A stretch of DNA of 64,000 nucleotides. Origin: Chiloscyllium plagiosum (Eukaryota). The position numbers were made by a program, and so were the translations under genes. Under the pieces are notes generated by a model. That model saw only the letters and a program-made list of their open reading frames with translations, did no database searches and was not told where the DNA came from. Positions 60,075 through 64,000 of the stretch are shown here, piece by piece. Within the stretch, counting starts at the first letter, position 1. Every line of letters starts with the position of its first letter. The stretch covers positions 44,904,527 through 44,968,526 of the forward strand of contig NC_057727.1 in NCBI RefSeq assembly GCF_004010195.1, in the 5' to 3' direction.

Positions 60075-60293
60075 ATCATAGAATCCCTACTGTATGGAAA
60101 CAGTATGTTTGGCCCAACAAGTCTACACTGACCTTCCAAAGAGTAACACACCCATTCACCTCCCTATTACCCTATATTTCCCCTGACTAATGCACCTAAT
60201 CAATACATCCCTGAACACTATGGGTAATTTAGCCTGGCTTATTCACCTAACCTGCACACTTTGGACACTGGGAGGAAACTGGAACACGCTGAG
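60075..60293 (-). mobile_element. HE1-type SINE, 5'-truncated
   Basis: catagaatccctactgtatggaaacag...ttcacctaacctgcacac...gggaggaaactgga. Confidence 0.8.
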
Positions 60294-60589
60294 GTTCACC
60301 AAAAGTAGTTGTCACAAAATGTATGAGCGAGGGTCAGCTTCTTATTATCCACTCTGCTGAAGACCTCAGTGGGGTGGCAGGTCTTTTTGGCCGTCAAACT
60401 GCTGATGAAATTGAATTTTCCCACCTACAATGGGTATTCACGGTTGGAATTTTCTTCTGGACATCACAGGCTAATAAAATATTAAGTTGAGTACAAGCCA
60501 CAGTCAGTACAACACTGAAACAGACCTTTCGATCCAACTCATCCATATTGACCAAATACTCTATATACATCTAGTCCCATTTTGGCCCA

Positions 60590-61950
60590 TGAAGGTGGGG
60601 TGGGATTGCCTATCAAACAGGTTGCTTTGTCCTGAATGATGTTGAGATTATTGGGTATTCTTAGAACTGCACTCCTCTAGGCAAATGGAAAGTACAGCAG
60701 ATCCTCTGTATCCATGAGATCACAACTCGTGAATTCTCATATCTACACCAAAAATAATTAAAAACAAAATTCAACATCCGTGGACAAACTCGCATATTTG
60801 TGAGTTTTAATCTATTTTAACCTGTATTTTAAATGGGGTCTGCACTGGTGAATTACACCATTAGCAGGGATTCTCAGAAATGGAACCCTTGTGGAAACAG
60901 ACAATGATTGTATTCCATCTCAGTTGTGATTTATGCCTTGTAACTGGTGGACAGGGATTGTGGAGAGAGGAAAGTGAGTTACTCACTGGAATCTGACCTG
61001 ATTTTATGAAGATGTCCAGTTTAATTTGTGGTCAATTCTAAAACTCAGGATGTTCACAGTAAGGGATTCAGCAATGGTAATACCACTAAATGTCAGGAGC
61101 AATGGTTAGGTTCTCACTTGTTGGAAATGATCATTGACTGGCTGTTGTATGTTGTGAATACAATTTGCCCTTTATTAGTCCAAACTTGGATATTGTCCAG
61201 TGTCCTACAGCATTTGGAGACAAACTGCTTCTGCAGTTGAAGAATCACAAATGGTGTTAAACATTGTGTAATCATCAAAAAAAAACTACTTCTAAGAATT
61301 TGATAGAGGGAAGCTCATTGAAGAAGATTGAGCTAGGACACTACCCCAAGGAACTCCTGCAGTAAAATTGTGGGTGTGAAATGAGTGGCCTCCAGCAATG
61401 ATTGCCCACTTGCTTCGTGAGAGTTATAGCAAAGCCTCCAACAATAGGTGGCGATGGTGGGGAAAGCATGAGTTCCTATATGCATTTTCCTGCAAGACAA
61501 TGCGTCTTTGGCAAATGTGGAGGAATAGAATACAGTTAGAAATCATGGGCAAAGGACAATGAAGAAGGAGTAGATAGAGTGAGGGAAACAGAAGAAGAGT
61601 TATGAACCAGCAGGAGGGTTTCTTGCTCATGTTTGACCTGATGCCAAGCATTTTCACAGATTTCAGAGCCAGTAGTGAGGACTCCCAGGATGACTCCCTC
61701 CTGACCATTTTATTGCTGCGCTACCACCTCCATGAGAATTGTTCTGCTGTAGGATATACGTGAGGATGTGGGTGGAAGTTTGGGGTATTATGTGTCAGAT
61801 ATGCTTTCATGAATATGACCATGTCAGGTTGATGCTTAAATAGTTTGTGGGGTAGACCTCTCAATTTTGGGTTGAACTTCACTGGGTCAACAGAGCTGAG
61901 TTTGTTTCTGGTGCCTGGGTTGATTCTCAGTGGTCTTTCTGCTGCAATTC
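60590..61950 (-). mobile_element. Old non-LTR retrotransposon (APE-type), decayed
   Basis: ORF 61721..62008 contains KLRGLPHKLFKHQPDMVIFMKAYL, resembling the PDIVILTESYL start of an AP endonuclease. The flanks of the MITE below rejoin cleanly. Confidence 0.55.
60695..60910. mobile_element. Tigger/pogo-like MITE
   Basis: TA|cagcagatcctctgtatcca ... tggaaacagacaatgattg|TA: degenerate TIRs with a TA duplication at 60693-94 and 60911-12. Confidence 0.5.
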
Positions 61951-62057
61951 TGGTAATTTGGAACAAGAAAGATAGTATAAATATAGAATCAGATGTATAA
62001 TCAAACACAATTGCACAGACTTGGCTGCAGAATGACAGAGTGGAAATGTCATTCAGA

Positions 62058-62848
62058 TGTAAAGGATGGAAACAGACCTTCGGTCCAACTCATCCATGCC
62101 GACCAGATATCCCAACCTAAATCCAGTACAATTTGCCAGCACTTGGCCCATATCCATCTAAACACTTACTATACATATACTCATCAAGATGCCTTTTAAA
62201 TGTTGCAATTGTACTAGCCTCCACCACTTTTTCTGGTAGCTCATTCCATACACACACCAACCTCTGCGTGAAAAAATTGCCCCTTACGTCCCTTTTAAAT
62301 CTTTCCCCTCTTACCCTAAACCTATGCCCTCTAGTTCTGGACTCCCCCATCCCAGGGAAAAGACATTGTCTATTTATCCTAACTGTGCCCCTCATGATTT
62401 TATAAACCTCTATACAGTCACCGCTCAGCTTCCAACACTCCAGGGAAAATAGCTCCGGCCTATTCAGCCTCTCCCTGTAGCTCAAATCCTCCAACCCTGG
62501 CAACCTCCTTGTAAATCTTCTGAACCCTTTCAAGTTTCACAACATCCTTCCGATAGGAAGGAGACCAGAACTGCATGCAATATTCCAACAGTGGCCTAAC
62601 CAACGTCCTGTACAGCCGCAACATGACCTCACAACCCCTATACTCAATGCTCTGACCAATAAACAAAAGCATACCAAATGCCTTCTTCATTATCCTATCT
62701 ACCTGCGACTCCACTTTCAAGGAACTATGAATCTCTACTCCAAGGTCTCTTTGTTCAGCAACACACCCCAGGACCTTACCAATAAATGTATAAGTCCAGC
62801 TCTGATTTGCCCTTTCCAAAATGCAGCAGCTCAGGTTTAACTAAATTA
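62058..62848 (-). mobile_element. CR1-like LINE 3' fragment
   Basis: EQRDLGVEIHSSLKVESQVDRIMKKAFGML...LYRTLVRPLLEYCMQFWSPSYRKDVVKLERVQK and RTRGHRFRVRGERFKRDVRGNFFTQR. Confidence 0.93.
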
Positions 62849-62850
62849 AA

Positions 62851-63690
62851 GAAGTGTGGCACTGGAAAAGCACAGCAGGTCAAACAGCATCCGAGGAGCA
62901 GGAGATTTAATGTTTCGGCCATAAGTCTGTCATCAGGAATGTGGAATGGGAAGGGAGCTGAGAGATAAATACGGGGGTAGGTATGGGGCATGGGGTAAGG
63001 TAGTTAAGGAGGTGCAGGTGGAAGGTAATTGTGATAGGTCAGTGGGGAGGGTGGAGTGGATTAGTGGGAGGGAAGATGGACAGATAGGGCAGGTCAAGAG
63101 GGCAGTGCTGAATTGGAGGGTTGAATCTGGGATATGGTGGGGGGAGGGGAGATTTGGAAACTGATGAAGTCAGTATTGATGCTGTGTGGTTGAAGAATCT
63201 CAAAGTGGAAGATATTGGGTGGCTTTGATTTGGTGGTGGAGGAGGCCCAAGACTTGCATGTCCTTGGTGGAGTGGGAGGGGGAGATGAAATTGTTGGTAA
63301 CAGGATGGTGGGATTGTTTGGTGCATGTGTCCCAGGAATATTCCCTGAAATGTTCCATGAGTTGGCATCCTGTCTCACCAGTGTAGAAGAGAGTACCTTG
63401 AGAGCAATGGACAGAGTCAACAAGGTGGATGGATGTGCAAGAAATTTTCTGCTGGATGTGAAGAGATCCTTTGAAAGCCATGGATGGAGGTGAGGGGGGA
63501 GGTGTGGGCACAAGTTTTACAACTTGAGTAGTGGCAAGGGAAGATGCTGGGAATGGAGGGTGATTTGGTGGGGGGTGTGGACCTAACCCATGAGTTGCGG
63601 AGGGAATGATCTCTGCTGAACACAAATATGGGTGAGGAGGGAAATATATCTTTGGTGGTCAGTTCTGACTGTATGGCAGAAAATAATGCA
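62851..63690 (-). mobile_element. PLE family A-related 3' part (older)
   Basis: CHYSSCKTCAH and LFYTGETGCQLMEHFREYSWDT. pLTR with a degenerate hammerhead at about 62908-62938 (CTGATGA CAGAC-TTAT-GGCC GAAACATT). Confidence 0.85.
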
Positions 63691-63699
63691 CTGTATCCA

Positions 63700-64000
63700 G
63701 AGATTATTGGGGTAGACCATGACAGGGACTGGGACCTGAATATTGATGTCTACAGGCATTTTATAAAGGATGGGCGATTGGAAAAGATGTGGGGATGTTT
63801 CTGTGAATTAATTATGAACTTAACACACTAGACAGCAATGATTTAAGTTCCATAAACCAAGATATAGAAGCAGTTTGGTTAGCAATGAGAAAGGATAAAG
63901 GCAAGAAGTTACTTCCAGAAATGTTGACACTTCAATAATAATGTTATGGCAGGATGATGTACAAATGAAAAATTAATAGGAGTTGACCAGAAAAGTACAG
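63700..64000 (+). mobile_element. CR1-like LINE endonuclease fragment
   Basis: DRDWDLNIDVYRHFIKD (cf. WxLNIxGYxxFRKDR) and EAVWLAMRKDKG. Confidence 0.6.

Overview
Repeat-dense, eukaryotic (vertebrate) genomic DNA. The repeat content (HE1/V-SINEs with their CR1-type partner LINE, SacSINE1-like DeuSINEs) points to a cartilaginous fish, probably a shark (inference). I find no supportable host protein-coding exon, rRNA, true tRNA or CRISPR array. The ORFs I can interpret are transposon fragments, and I take the rest to be chance ORFs, so the window is probably intronic or intergenic. It contains at least four families of Penelope-like elements (PLEs, GIY-YIG retroelements), many CR1-like LINE 3' fragments, about 14 HE1 SINEs, a decayed Gypsy element, several Harbinger remnants, a hAT remnant, a Tx1-like fragment inside an LTR, a Tigger-like MITE and one 118-N assembly gap. 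The most interesting signal is in the PLE termini. They carry minimal type-I hammerhead ribozyme motifs (CTGANGA-helix II-GAAA-NNUH), with a family-specific, covarying helix II. Most copies are fold-back (inverted) insertions with one motif on each strand, and some are reduced to 200-400 bp hairpin mini-elements. Five insertions from three families are flanked by exact 13-bp target-site duplications. Hammerheads in PLE termini are known in general; what may be new here are the specific families, the mini-elements and the TSD regularity. Coordinates were read by eye, and element boundaries are approximate unless a TSD is given.
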